Source of the DNA: Eledone cirrhosa
Lineage: Eukaryota
NCBI GenBank assembly: GCA_964016885.1
Contig: OZ024743.1
Location: 311,612,001-311,676,000, forward strand
DNA: 64,000 nucleotides
Direction of reading: 5' to 3'
Shown here: piece by piece, positions 26,830-39,611 of the stretch
Layout: the number at the start of each line of letters is the position of its first letter
Numbering within the stretch: the first letter of the stretch is position 1
Program-made: the position numbers and the translations under genes
Notes under the pieces: generated by a model
What the model was told of the DNA's origin: nothing
Databases searched by the model: none
What the model saw: only the letters and a program-made list of their open reading frames with translations

Positions 26830-29800
26830 ACACCAACTAGATCATACATACATGCATGCACCAACCAGCCAGACCATACGCACACATACACACCGCAACC
26901 AGCCAAATCATACACATACATACATATACACACACACCAACCAGATCATATATGTGGGGCTGAAATTTCCCGTCTTTCAGCATTCTTACTCCCGGCACGG
27001 CAGCCCCTTAGTTTACCTTTTTTTTTCTTTTTTCTTTATTTTTTCTATTTCGTGGGGTTGATTTTTTTCCGATCTCGCAGAGGCGATGGCAGCAAAACTG
27101 AGATTGAATAGCGAGACGATCAAGGCTTTTAACGGCGAAGGAGATGTTGTGGCCTGGTTGAGAAAGGTCACATAGGTCGCCTCGCTGCAAGGCATTGACA
27201 ACGTTGCTGGTTTGATCGTTCTATATCTCGACGGGGATACCCTAGCACTGTACCCCGAGATGGACGAGAGCGACCAACTGAACGCGGAAAGGATAGGGCA
27301 GCGACTTAAGGAAGCGTTCACCGAGGGGCCGTACACTGCTTTTGCCAATCTAGACAGAGCGAGGTGACAGGGAGAGCACGTGGACGTGTTCGCGACAGAT
27401 TTACAGCGGTTGGCTACGTTGGCCGGATTCGCGGTAAAACGCGAATGCGCCGTGCGGTTGGCTTTTATGAACGGGTTCCCCGACGAAATCTGCGTGATGC
27501 TCCAACAGCTGCCCGGCAACAGGGAAATTAGCATGAGCGAGCTCATCGCACAGGCCCGCGTAATAACACAGGGCACGAGGTGGAGTATTGCAGTCTGGCA
27601 GCGACAGAAGCCCATGGCAGTCGACAGCAACCGACGTATGACGAAAGGAGACCAGCCGCTGTGAATAGTCGTCCGCGTGCGTTCGGAGGCCGGTGCTTCA
27701 GGAGCCAGGGCCCGCACATGGCAAGGGACTGCAGAGAGCCGAAGCCAGCTATAGCCTGCTATCGCTGCAAGTGACCAGGCTATATCGCTAATAATTGCGA
27801 CCAAGGAAATGGTCTAAGGGGGCTACTGCGCCGGTAACCACCCCTGGAGGCGAGTAGAGGCGCCTTTGCAGTCGCTCCCCGTAGTGGAAGTTTTGGTGGA
27901 AGGGAAGCCATCGCGAGCACTCGTGGACACGGGTTGCATGACAACACTAGTGACCACAGGGGTTGTTAAAAAGTGGAGCAGGATGAACAATATAAGGGCA
28001 GTCGACGGCAGGAAGATTAGATGCAGAGGTACCAGCGAGGTGTCGATGGTGGTACGGGGAAGAAAAATTAGGCTTCGGGCGACGGTGATTGACCAGGTAG
28101 TGGACGGGGTCGATGTAGTAATGGGCATGGACACGATTGGCTGCCTTGGAGGTGTTACAGTGACTGAAGTCGGGGTGACGTTTGGTAGCAAGAGGACATC
28201 ATGTGTTGTGAGCATGCTGGGAGAATCCACGAAGAACAGGGCGATCCACGAAGAAAATACCATACAGGACAAGGATTTCAAGGCGGTGTTAGATGGGCAG
28301 CTGTGGGTAGTTGAGTGGTACTGGAAGGGAGATACACCAATGCTGAAGAATAGAGTAGGCTGCTATCAGCATATCCTGAAAGGAAATGCCAGAAGCGAGC
28401 TTGAGGGAAAGGTGCAGAGATGGATCGAGGAGAGTATACTGCTTCCTTGGAAGGAGGAGGTGAAGTGTGGAGTATTGCTGCTAATGGCAGTGGTGCAGCC
28501 CACGAAGAACAAGGTTAGGCCAGTGCTGGACTTTCGTGAGCTGAACGAACACGTGTCATGCCACACAAGCGGTGAGGTCACGGATGTTTGCGGGGAAACT
28601 TTGTGAGAGTGGAGACGAATGACGGGGGCCTCCACGATTGTCGACTTAAAGTCGGCATACCTGCAGTTACACGTGGATGAGAAACTGTGGAAATATCAGC
28701 TGGTCAGGTATAAGGGCCAGACATACTGCCTGACCAGGCTTGGCTTCGGGTTGAACACTGCGCCAAGAATCATGGCGACGGTCCTCTAGGCCATTCTGGG
28801 GAAAGCGGACAAGGTAAAGAGGGCCACCAACTCCTACATCGACGACATCTTGGTGGACGAGACGGTGGTGTCAGCAGCAGAAGTCTCGGGCCACTTGGTA
28901 AGGCTCGGGCTGACAGCGAATCCGCCGGAGGCGATGGAAGGAGGAGCCACGCTAGGACTCAGGTTGCAAAGGGATAAGACGGGCACACTCGTGTTTCGGA
29001 GGGGTAACGAAGTCCCAGAACTGGGCCCCGATATGAATAGACGGGAACTCTTCTCAATGTGTGGTAAATTGGTGGGCCACTATCCGATCGCAGGGTGGCT
29101 CCGGACGGCATACAGCTATGTCAAGAGACGCGCAGACGCAGTGAGTTAGGCTGACAGGGTTGGAGAGAAGACAGTGGCCATGATGCAGGAAATCGTGGAA
29201 AGGGTAAAGGCGGATGACCCAGTGAGAGAACGCTGGCACGTCCCCAAATCAGAGAGCGCGACCATAGGGTGTGATGCCAGCAGCATAGCACTAGAGGTCA
29301 CTCTGGAGATAGGGGGCGTCGAGGTCGAGGACGCGGCCTGGCTCAGGAAGAAGGAGGACTACAACCACATCAACGTGGCCGAACTGGATGCTGTGCTGAG
29401 AGGGGTGAATCTCGCCCTGAGATGGGGACTGCGCAGCATAGAAATCTGCACTGACTCGGCCGCTGTACTTGGATGGCTGAGATCAGTGCTTACCAGTGAG
29501 AAGAGGGTGAGAACGAGAGGGGCAGCAGAAATGTTGATAAAGCGCCGCCTGGGAACTCTGGGAGAGCTGTCCACTGAGTTCGGCCAGGAGTTGAGTGTAG
29601 TTTTTGTGCCCTCAGAGAAAAGCAAGACAGACGTATTAACAAGGGTGAAGAAAGCCTGGCTGGAAACGCCAGGAGACACAAAGAAGCAGATAGCGGCAGT
29701 GTGTCGGCTGAGTTGAGGGGACTTCACGCTATGCACATAGGGGTGGATAGGACCCTGTTCCTAGCGAGAAGAATCGACTCTGATGTTAGCAGACAGAGTG

Positions 29801-31110
29801 TCCAGAGAGTGGTCGGAGGTTGCGACAGATGCCAGTCTATCGACTCTGCTCCGAGTGTGCACGAGACAGGAAACATTTCGGTAGAGCACAACTGGAAGCG
29901 ATTAGCGGTGGACGTGACACACTACCGACAAGGAACGTATCTTTCGATGGTCGATTGTGGGCTGGGGCGGATGGCGATATGGAGGGAAATGAAGACAGGG
30001 ACTGCAGAGGAAATCGTGCGGACGCTGAGAGATATTCTTGGAGCGGGGTCCTGTGGATGAACTGCTGATGGAGAACAGCACAGCGTTTAGCTCGGAGGCG
30101 CCGAGGGAAGTGCTTGACAAGTGGAAGGTGAACCGCTTCTTCAGAGCGGCATACAGGCCGAGCGGAAATGGGATCGTGGAGAGACATCATCGCACGATCA
30201 AGGCCATGGCGGAAAGGGGGCAGTGTTCTGGTACATGTCTCCGCGGTGGGACAGGCCGAGGAGTCAGTGCTGCACAGGGCAATATACAGATATGAATGGC
30301 GACACCCGTGCACGGTACCACAGCAGCCGGTGGAGAGAGAGAGCGCATTCGTACGAGTGGGCGAAGAGGTATGGGTCAAGCCCCCGAACACGCGTTGCAC
30401 ATCTCAATGGGGAAAAGGAATGGTAACCGCCATAAATTCCCAAAACACTGTGCCTGTGGACGGAATGCCCCGCCACGTCTTGGACGTCCGTAGAGTCGTT
30501 GTGGTGACGGACACCGAGGAAGAGGGAAATGAAAGTGCCGCCCCAACAGTGCGGAGATCGCAAGGGAGCCGCCGCCAACCTAGGCGGATTTTGAGATGGA
30601 GCAGTGTGATGGGGGAGAGGAGTTGATCCTGGGGATCAGGATGGCGTGTGGGGCTGCCGCGAGATAGAGGGGTATGTGGAGCTGTCGTGGGAGGGTGATT
30701 GCCGGAAGTTGGGGACGCCTGACCGGAAGCAGGAGGACGGGGGCGACTCGAGGGACCAGGCGGTCACAGAGGCTTCTTAGCTATACGCCATGCGAGGTGT
30801 TGGACGTGTGAAGACAGACGCGAGCGGAAAGTACTCCCACGTGGACCAGAGAGACGCAAGGTAAGTCTGAATGCCTCCGGCTACAATATACACACCCATA
30901 CACACCCCAACCAGCCAGATCATATACATACACACACACCCATACATACACCAACCAGATCATACACATACACATAAACACCCCAAACAGCCAGATCATA
31001 CATATATATACACATACATACACAGACCAACCAGATCATAGACATACATACATGCATACACCAACCACTCAGATCGTACACATACATACATACAAGCAAA
31101 TCCATGCATA
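26830..31110. repeat. Degenerate minisatellite (accaaccagccagatcatacatacata) split by the Gypsy-like element
   Basis: Units at 26830-26952 and 30886-31110. Confidence 0.8.
26953..30885 (+). mobile_element. Ty3/Gypsy-like retrotransposon (gag-PR-RT-RH-IN), pseudogenised, with atypical termini
   Basis: gag ATG 27086 with two degenerate CCHC knuckles; protease ALVDTG; RT VRPVLDFRELN and YIDD; RNase H CDAS/AELDAV/TDS; integrase H..G..C..C, VDVTHY, NGIVERHHRTIK; TG...CA ends; 5-bp TSD ATATA (26948-26952, 30886-30890); many in-frame stops. Confidence 0.9.
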
Positions 31111-31206
31111 TACACTCCTATTTTGGATTTCATGCATCAAAGGAAAAGAATGTCTTTTTATTTAGAAATTCTGTAACGACGGGGTGATCCGCCATCATTA
31201 AATACG

Positions 31207-31243
<37 letters not shown>

Positions 31244-31285
31244 TAAAAATTAGAATTGTTGCTCTGAAATAGCTATATATATATG

Positions 31286-31502
31286 AATGTATATATAGTG
31301 TATTTTGCAATACACTGTATGCTTAATAAAAAGCATTTTGAAGACCTTATGCTATTGTTTTAGGCCTTGTCAGCTTTATCTCCCCCTGTTTGCTGAAATT
31401 AAAGTAAGTGAGTCTGTCACTACTCTAAAACAATAGCATAAGGTCTTCAAAATGCTTTTTATTAAGCATACAGTGTATTGCAAAATACACTATATATACA
31501 TT
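31286..31502. repeat. Fold-back palindrome, 78-bp arms
   Basis: 31286-31363 is the reverse complement of 31425-31502; flanked by (TA)n. Confidence 0.9.
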
Positions 31503-31503
31503 A

Positions 31504-31620
<117 letters not shown>

Positions 31621-32324
31621 CATATATATATATATACATATAATATATATATATAATTTATATTTAATACAATAACAGAGATAGCTTAAGGCTAAACTCT
31701 GACTGGTAACCATCTCACTCAACAAACATTAGGTTATATGTTAGTATTAACCTAATTTAAGTGCTTGGGGTGCTAACTATATGTATTATGTGGAAAGCCA
31801 GTTGTATTATTTTATGAGATATAATTAAAGTTAAAATATATCTCTCTTTCCAAACAATTGTTTCATTATAAGTTTTCTACAAATTAGGAGAATGTTTCCA
31901 GTTTATGTAGAAGCCTAACATATATTCATGTAAGAATATATTTAGGTGGGCGCTTATAAATCATCAGTGGAAGCCCATTAAACTTTGATATAAGAAAAAA
32001 TTCTTACCGCAGTTAAAAATCGTGTCTGCTAAGCTGCTCCTTCACGCATCGAATGACCGCCAAATTTGAAATTCCAGCAGTTTTTGACTGAGGAAGTATT
32101 ATAGCGTCACGAAGCGGGAAGGGGAGACAACCAATACACGAGAAAAGAAAAAATAATATTCACGCGGGTTAATTAGTTTTTTCAAAAACATTATCAATCC
32201 AACGTGTTAAGAACTCAATATATATATAATTTATATATATAATTTATATATATATAATTTATATATAATTTATAATATATATATATATATATATATATAC
32301 ATATCTATATATATAATGTGTGTG

Positions 32325-32780
32325 TGTATGTATGTATGTATGTTCTTCTGGTTTTATAATGGTTTCTTATATAGGCACAAGGCCAGTAATTTGGGGGGAG
32401 GGGAAAGTCGATTAAATCGACCCCAGTGCGTGACTGGTACTTTATTTTATCGACCCCATAAGGATGAAAGGCAAAGTTAACCTCGGCGGGATTTGAGCTC
32501 AGATCCGTAACTCTATGCTGCAAGGCATGGCGTCCGACCATCTACCGATACTGCCAATCCACCGCCCTCTTTCTTCTGGTTTTTAAATGTCTATTAATAG
32601 AGAGAGTCGGTTTCTAACATAGACACAAGACTCTTTCATTGGAATTTAAACAACATCAACTAGGTATATATGTCTGCATGTGTGCAGGTATGGCATTGTA
32701 TGTGCGGATGTGCATGTTTTGAGTGATATGTGTGCATATACATATGTTATGTATCTGTATATGCGTGCATGTATATATGT
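32325..32780 (-). mobile_element. 3' UTR fragment of the R4-type LINE with a full SINE inserted (32356-32570)
   Basis: Matches 2800-3012 in reverse; SINE flanked by 13-bp TSD ttcttctggtttt (32343-32355, 32571-32583). Confidence 0.85.
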
Positions 32781-33054
32781 ATCTACGAGTGTGTATGTTT
32801 ATACATACATATATATATATATACAAATAACATACATACTCTCACTACTAATTTATACGAATGGACGGACACACACATATATATATATATATGATGGCTG
32901 CCCCCTCGTTATCGAGTATGGCCATCGCACGATGTAACATTATTAATAATTATCAATTAATGCTATCGTTCATTGCCTGTGCGTGAGGAAAGACTTTGCC
33001 CTGAGCCAATCCCACTCTCTGAGCGACAGTAGCTATAACCCGGATTGATATATC

Positions 33055-33135
<81 letters not shown>

Positions 33136-33247
33136 CTTTTAGCTATGAATATTGGAAGGTGATGGCTGACCCCATCTAGCAAATTGTCACAGAAGCTGTA
33201 AAGGAAAAATATCGACGATCGTTTCTGGCTACCCTGTTCTGATTACC

Positions 33248-33318
<71 letters not shown>

Positions 33319-33329
33319 CAAAGGAATTA

Positions 33330-33582
33330 TTGTGGTAAGGAACCAGATGGACCATAACGCACCAGAGTACTCAATACTTAGGGTAGTAGAGTGGGAAATA
33401 GGAAAAAGTATGACCCCGACGGCAGAGCTCAAGCCGTTTTGACACTATTTCTGGACTAAATTAAAATTTTTAGCCTGGTGAATAAAAATGAATGATTTTA
33501 TTCACCAGGCTAAAAATTCTAATTTAATTCAGAAATAGCCTTCGAAACGGCTTGAGCTCTGCCGCGGGGTCATACTTTTTCC

Positions 33583-33584
<2 letters not shown>
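33330..33584. repeat. Penelope pLTR-like fragment forming a fold-back (33398-33584)
   Basis: Arms share gaaatagcc..gaaacggcttgagctctgccg..ggggtc; homologues at 37925-38030, 40866-40905, 61944-62128. Confidence 0.75.
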
Positions 33585-33630
<46 letters not shown>

Positions 33631-34039
33631 TGCGTATTAATTGGTAGCATGATTCCCCCCCCCCCCGCCCCCCAAAAATATCAATATTAGATTCCCTTAG
33701 CTCAATGGCTGGAACACTCAACAGGTGTCTAAGAGATATGAGGTTTTGATTCCTTGTACCGGCTGTTGACGACATATTCCGTCTATAAGGTGTCTTTACC
33801 TAATCTTCTCAGCCATTTATTACAACCGACTGTATTTACGGTTATTCCTCTGCATCTGCCATTCACTATGCGCTTCGAAAGTTTGAACTTTGCATACAAT
33901 CTTTGATAGCAATATCTGTTTAACACAAGATTTCACATCAAGAATTTAGCAAACCAAATACTAAAATGAAAGAAAACCACAAATAAGAATTTCATTGAAA
34001 ATCGTGTATTATTATCGAGAAATTCTGCTGGATATTTAC

Positions 34040-34865
34040 CTTCAAGTCCATAATAATTGTTAGATGTAAGCACGAAGATATAACTCCACTGGAAGTAGAC
34101 GATGATGTCAAATATCGCTTGTACTTGAAATTTGTCCGACGGAACTACTCGAATAAAATTTGGAAAATAAAACCATCGCTTGAAAACATTACTTGTAGCC
34201 ATAGAACCCACAATGGGTATGCCAAGGAGCTGCAAATTCATTGCTAAACTTACTGTGGTATCACTAGTGCTGCTGCCTACAACAGCGACAACAGGCTTTT
34301 CACAGATTGTCCTATCCTGCTTTTGATCGTTACAGTAATTTTCATCATTATATTTCTCCTCGTTTTCATAATTCAAGATAATATTTGAACATCTGCTTTG
34401 GACGATGTTAAAATTGTCGAGATTTTGCAATTCAGTAACAAAAGAAGTATTTGGTTTAGTTTGATTAAAATCATTAATCGTTCTTTGACAAACTTGAATC
34501 CCTTTTGTCAATAAAGTGTTTGACAAGATACGTTGTGACAGCCTCATGGCAATTGCAGAAACTTGTTGCAGGTTATTGAAGTCGTCATGAATCACATAAC
34601 CAAGAGAGACGTTAGGCAAGATTGAACGATCGGTGTTAATATATTCTATAGCAGAAATTATTGCTTCAACAGCAAGAACATCAATAATACTAATGTCAGC
34701 GTTTTCCTCTTCATGTATAGACAGTAAGAAGTCTATTATATAATCCCCATCCATTGTAATATTTGTAAGGTCGTATGATTGCCCTTTCACAATGCTGTAC
34801 CTTTTGTATTGTCCAAGACCATGTAATAAAATAATTAACAAAATGTACTTCTCAGAGATGTTCAT
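34040..34865 (-). CDS. Class C GPCR (mGluR/CaSR-like), first coding exon: signal peptide and N-half of the Venus flytrap domain
   Basis: Hydrophobic N-terminus; MDGDYII, VEAIISAIEYIN..ILPNVSLGYVIHD, KPVVAVVGSSTS, LGIPIVGSMATS, FPNFIRVVPSDKFQVQAI.DI..YFQWSYI, NYYG; donor GTAAAT starting at 34039; acceptor tcatgcAG at 34922-34921 implies an upstream non-coding exon. Confidence 0.93.
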
Positions 34866-35184
34866 CTTTCATGTGCAATCTGTAATCCGTGTTTGTTCCA
34901 TTAAGCAGCTAAATTGATACCTGCATGAATAGAAAAATGTTCAAATTTTACGTACTATATATATCCTATATATTTATTAGTCATAAATATCAATGCATAT
35001 CTATATATATATATATATATGGCTAGACTACCGATCGCTATATTTGATTTGCAAAGCTGTCTAAACGTATTGTTATTACTCTGGGTATTATTCTCTGTCG
35101 AGTGCTAAAGCTACATTCCGAATTTGCATTCGTTAACCTAGCCGCAGCCTAAAGCTTCGTTAATGCTGTACTAAAATGTGTATA

Positions 35185-35218
<34 letters not shown>

Positions 35219-35312
35219 AGTAGAAGGGGTATTTAATTTGTTGGAAATCCGATAATTATAAATGCTTTTAACTGATTTAGACCACTCAACAGTTTCCTGG
35301 AGTAAATATTTA

Positions 35313-37815
35313 ATGATATTAAACAAATGGAAACTATATTTATAAAACCATATTTATTTTATTATATATATTTCAAGGGTACCAAAACACTTTGGTACGC
35401 TTTCTTCAGATAAAATACAAAGTTTGTTTTATAAATAGAGACATACCCAGGAAAATCATACCTTATCAGTTGGATATTCTCTGGATAGTGGAAATGTATT
35501 AGGGATTTTTCAAATTCATGGGTGAATATGCAAATGAATATGTAAATAATTGAAAAACAACCGTTTATTTAAACGACTATGGAGAGAGAGAAGAGAGAAG
35601 AGAGAAGAGAGAAGAGAAGGACAGAATAGTAAGAGAGAGAGAGAGAAGAAGGAAAAAAGCGAAGATCCTAGATCTATCAACACTATTGTCAATTGTGTCC
35701 AACAACGGATTTCACGCATCTCCGCTAATAAAAACATTTTTGATGATAAGGCTGAATATTATAATGAAGTTTTAAATAGAGCAGGGTATATAAATAAGAT
35801 TAAATACATCGACAACAATAATAAGGCAAATCACCCTACTATTAATTGTGATAATAATAAAAAAAATTTAACTTAAACTCTAAAACTAACAGAAGAACTA
35901 GAACTAGAAATATTATTTGGTACTCACCACCATTCTCATTAATAGTTAAAACACCTTTAGCAAAGCTATTCTTTAAAGCACTAGATAAATGTTTTCCTAA
36001 AGCCCACAGATAACACTCAATCTTTAACAGACATACTATAAAACTATCCTACTCTAATACTATGAACATAGCACAAAATATAAATAGAATTAATAATAAA
36101 AACTTAAATTTAAACCCTAACCAAAATAACCAAAATAGCAGTAATATTTCTAGCAATATCCAACCTAATAGTACCGTTCCGAGCAACAATAACTACTCCG
36201 CAAAATGTAACTGTAGAATTAAATCAAACTGTCGTTTACAAAATAAGAGCTTAGATAAAAACGTGGTCTATAAATGCACAGTTAAAACTAGTGATAATAT
36301 ATTTAACTATGTCGGTGCCACTTCTACAGAATTTAAAATTCGCTGGAATAACCACAATTTTTCTTTCCGAAGATTTGATAAAAAATCTTCAACTTCTCTT
36401 TCAAACCTGATATGGAACTTAAAATGCAAGAATATAGACTATTCATTAGCTCTTGGGAAACAGTTTCAAAAGCACCCGCGTACCGAAACACAGCTTTATC
36501 TACATTCTGCAAATTGTGTATTGAGGAAATTTTTTATATACTTAACTGTAAAAACTCTATTAATCTAAGAACGAATTTATTTAATTCTTGTAGACATCGC
36601 CAGAATTCAACATTCAGAACTATATATAACTTATAATTATACTTATAATATTCCTATTAATCTCCATAACAATCTCATCTACTTGGTTTTAATATATTGA
36701 TATCTCTAAATCATAATATCTCTAACATTTGCTGTACTTCCACTTCTTAAAAATGTTCATATAATATATACGTATATAATTCTAATTTTTTAAATTTTAA
36801 TTTTAATAATTTTTCATTTCTTTAAAAATTATTTATCTCTTAAAAATTTTTTTTTTATTTATTATTTTCTCAAAAAATTTATTTCAAAATTTAAAAAAAT
36901 TTTTTTAAATTTTTTCAATATTCTTTTCAATATGTTTTCAATATTTTTTCAATATTTTTTCAATATTTTCTCAATATTTTTTCAATTTTTTCAATAGATT
37001 AATAACCACTAACTGATTCTGGCTAAATGTATCTTAAACATCCATACTTATTTTGACTAAATAGTCTCACATTAACGAATAAATAAATAAAACCGGAGTT
37101 TTTTCCTTATCTTCCCTTTTCAATTATATAAATATAAATATTCTTACTTAACTCAGTTAGTTTAATTTAATTTAATTTAATTTTAAATCATTCTAAATTT
37201 TAAATACATATTTATTTACATAAAATACAAAACCAATATTCCTCATAACTCATTAGAACAACTATCTATAACATGATATACCCATCTATTTATTTATTTA
37301 TTTATTTATTTATCTACTTACAACAGAAGAAAAATGTATTATAAACAAATTTTAAACAACTAATAATCGTAAAATATCCCTTTAATATAAATACACATAC
37401 TATTAAGATATATACTTACATATATACATAGATAATTGTTCGAATATATTTCCCTCAAATTAACGTTATATGAGTTTTTATTCATCTTCGCTTTTTTCCT
37501 TCTCTCTCTCTCTTACTATTTTGTCCTTCTTCTCTTCTCTCTTCTCTCTCTCCATAGTCGTTTAAATAAACGGTTGTTTTTCAATTATTTACATATTCAT
37601 TTGCATATTCACCCATAAGTTTGAAAAATCCCTAATACGTTTCCACTATCCAAAGAATATCCAACTGATAAGGTATGATTTTCCTGGGTATGTCTCTATT
37701 TATAAAACAAACTTTGTATTTTATCTGAAGAAAGCGTACCAAAGTGTTTTGGTACCCTTGAAATATATATAATAAAATAAATATGGTATTATAAATATAG
37801 TGTCCATTTATTTAA
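35313..37815 (+). mobile_element. Penelope-like element (Naiad-type), 5'-truncated, with inverted pLTR
   Basis: 35680-36636 encode RISRISAN..YYNEVL, IIWYSPPF, CNCRIKSNC, VVYKCTV..YVGAT..FKIRWNNH, CKLC, CRHR (GIY-YIG); 35313-35685 is the reverse complement of 37482-37815. Confidence 0.88.
37717..37779 (+). ncRNA. Hammerhead ribozyme in Penelope pLTR (family C); mirror copy on - at 35355-35417
   Basis: tattttat-CTGAAGA-aagcgtaccaaa gtgt tttggtaccctt-GAAA-tatata-TA-ataaaata; 8-bp stem I. Confidence 0.82.
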
Positions 37816-37818
37816 TAC

Positions 37819-37861
<43 letters not shown>

Positions 37862-38211
37862 AAAAGGTTTAGGACCCCACACACATGTATATATACTTAT
37901 ATATATATATATATATATATATAGGAACGAGTAGGACCCCGACGGCTGAGCTCAAGCCGTTTCGACGGCTAATTCTGGACTAAATGAAAATTTGTATCCT
38001 GGTATATGAATAGCCGAGCTTCTCAGGGGGTAATTCCATATATGGTAAAAGTTATTGTCACAAGGATTGGTCAAAAGTTTGTTGTTGAGACACATAATTC
38101 TATCATGCCAATTTGTGGAAGGAAGGGGTAGCTGAACTTGCCAGTAGAAGAAAGAGGGAGAGGGAGTGGAGGAAACCCAGTTGTGCGTTGATAGTTATTA
38201 AAATAACCCTA

Positions 38212-39216
38212 CAAACGTCTCTGACCCGAGTAAACTTCCTGGACGTTACCCCTCACCTCGATAATGATCTGTACTACCCATACAGGAAACCCAGCAACAA
38301 CCTGTACTACATCCACCGCCGGTCAAACCATCCTAGGAACATCACCAATAACCTGGTTAAAAACATCTCCCTCCGCATATCTCGTTTGTCCGCTAATGAG
38401 CAGATATTCGAGGAACATGCGCCTTATTACAACCAGGCCCTCAATCGGAGTGGTTTCCGGGAGCAAATATCCTACTGTCCAGCTTCCATCAGCGGAACCA
38501 ACAGGCGACACCGCCGCTCACGCAATGTAACATGGTTCAATCCTCCCCACAACGCCGAGGTGACGACTCCTATCGGGAAAATTTTCTTTAGGCTCATCGA
38601 AAAACACTTCCCACTACAACACCGCTACCACAAAATAATCAACAAAAATACCATCAAACTCTCCTACAGCACCACACCAAACTTTGCACAAAACATCGTC
38701 TCCTCTAATAACAAAAAACTCAACCCCTATGGAAGAAATAACCTAAATAGCAGTGGAGAGCCGACCAGGAGGTGCAACTGTCCTGATGGATCCCTTTGCC
38801 CCCTCGACAACAGATGCAGAGATCGTAATGTGATCTACCAGTGCAACGTGAGGACGGACACCTCAAACAAAGCTTATATAGGATTAACCGCATGTGACTT
38901 CAAGACCCGGCTATACCAACACCGACATACTTTCCGAAACCCGGCCCGGCGTCACGCCACCACACTTTCGGGCCAAATCTGGGACCTCAAAGATAACAAT
39001 ATTACCTATGATCTCACTTGGAGCTTACTGTCCAGAGCCAACTCTTACACGGGAGGACGCCGTCTGTGCAATTTATGCTCGGAGGAAACTTTACAAATGC
39101 TGTTTCCGACGGACCAACTCCTAAACAAGAAAGACGAACTGGTAACTGCATGCAAACACAGATTGCGTAGGACTTACCTCGCCCTCAAACCCCATAATGA
39201 CCCGGGGGGGGGGTAG
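38212..39216 (+). mobile_element. Penelope-like element (Naiad-type) RT thumb, linker and GIY-YIG endonuclease; open frame, 5'-truncated
   Basis: VNFLDVT, YRKP..YIHRRSNHP, WFNPP, KHFP..HKIINKNTIKLSYS, CNCPDGSLCPL, VIYQC..YIGLT..FKTR..HR, CNLC..E, LN..EL..CKHR. Confidence 0.9.
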
Positions 39217-39611
39217 ACAAGGGCTGTAACATCCCACTTGCCGACTTTGTAATGGGTAACCCCTGCTTGCAAAGGTAGACGTAAGATCTTTTATATCTTT
39301 TTATCGTTTCCTCTATATTTCCTTCTTCCCCCATCCCTTCATAGTCCTTCCACCCCAGTCCTCCTTCTTTGTCGTCGTCCTTTTCACTTTCTCGCCCACC
39401 CGAGGCAGCCCCTCGGTCCTTTGTAGCCTCAGTACCCCCACCCATCCCCTATTCTATGATAGATTTGGCCGACTCCGCTTTTTATAGCAGATGTGATAGA
39501 CCCCAGATACTTGCTTTCTTATCCGATGGCTGCCCCATTTCCGTGCTTCCTACATTTCTTAGTGGTATCTCTGCTTTAATTTCTCGTATATCAGTATTTG
39601 GGGGGGGGGCC

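Noticed and set aside
27013-27804. 263-aa antisense ORF over gag and other antisense ORFs in the Gypsy-like element
   Set aside because: Expected by chance in GC-rich coding sequence; no recognisable motif
27086-30590. Deaminase-type hypermutation as the cause of the Gypsy stops
   Set aside because: Stops appear to arise from mixed substitution types and no second copy is available to polarise them
33933-34039. C-terminal 34 aa of the 310-aa GPCR ORF
   Set aside because: Read-through past a splice donor; homology resumes at 11138
36062-39216. Selenocysteine (in-frame UGA) recoding reported for some Naiad PLEs
   Set aside because: The conserved Cys positions I could read are TGT/TGC or missense, not TGA
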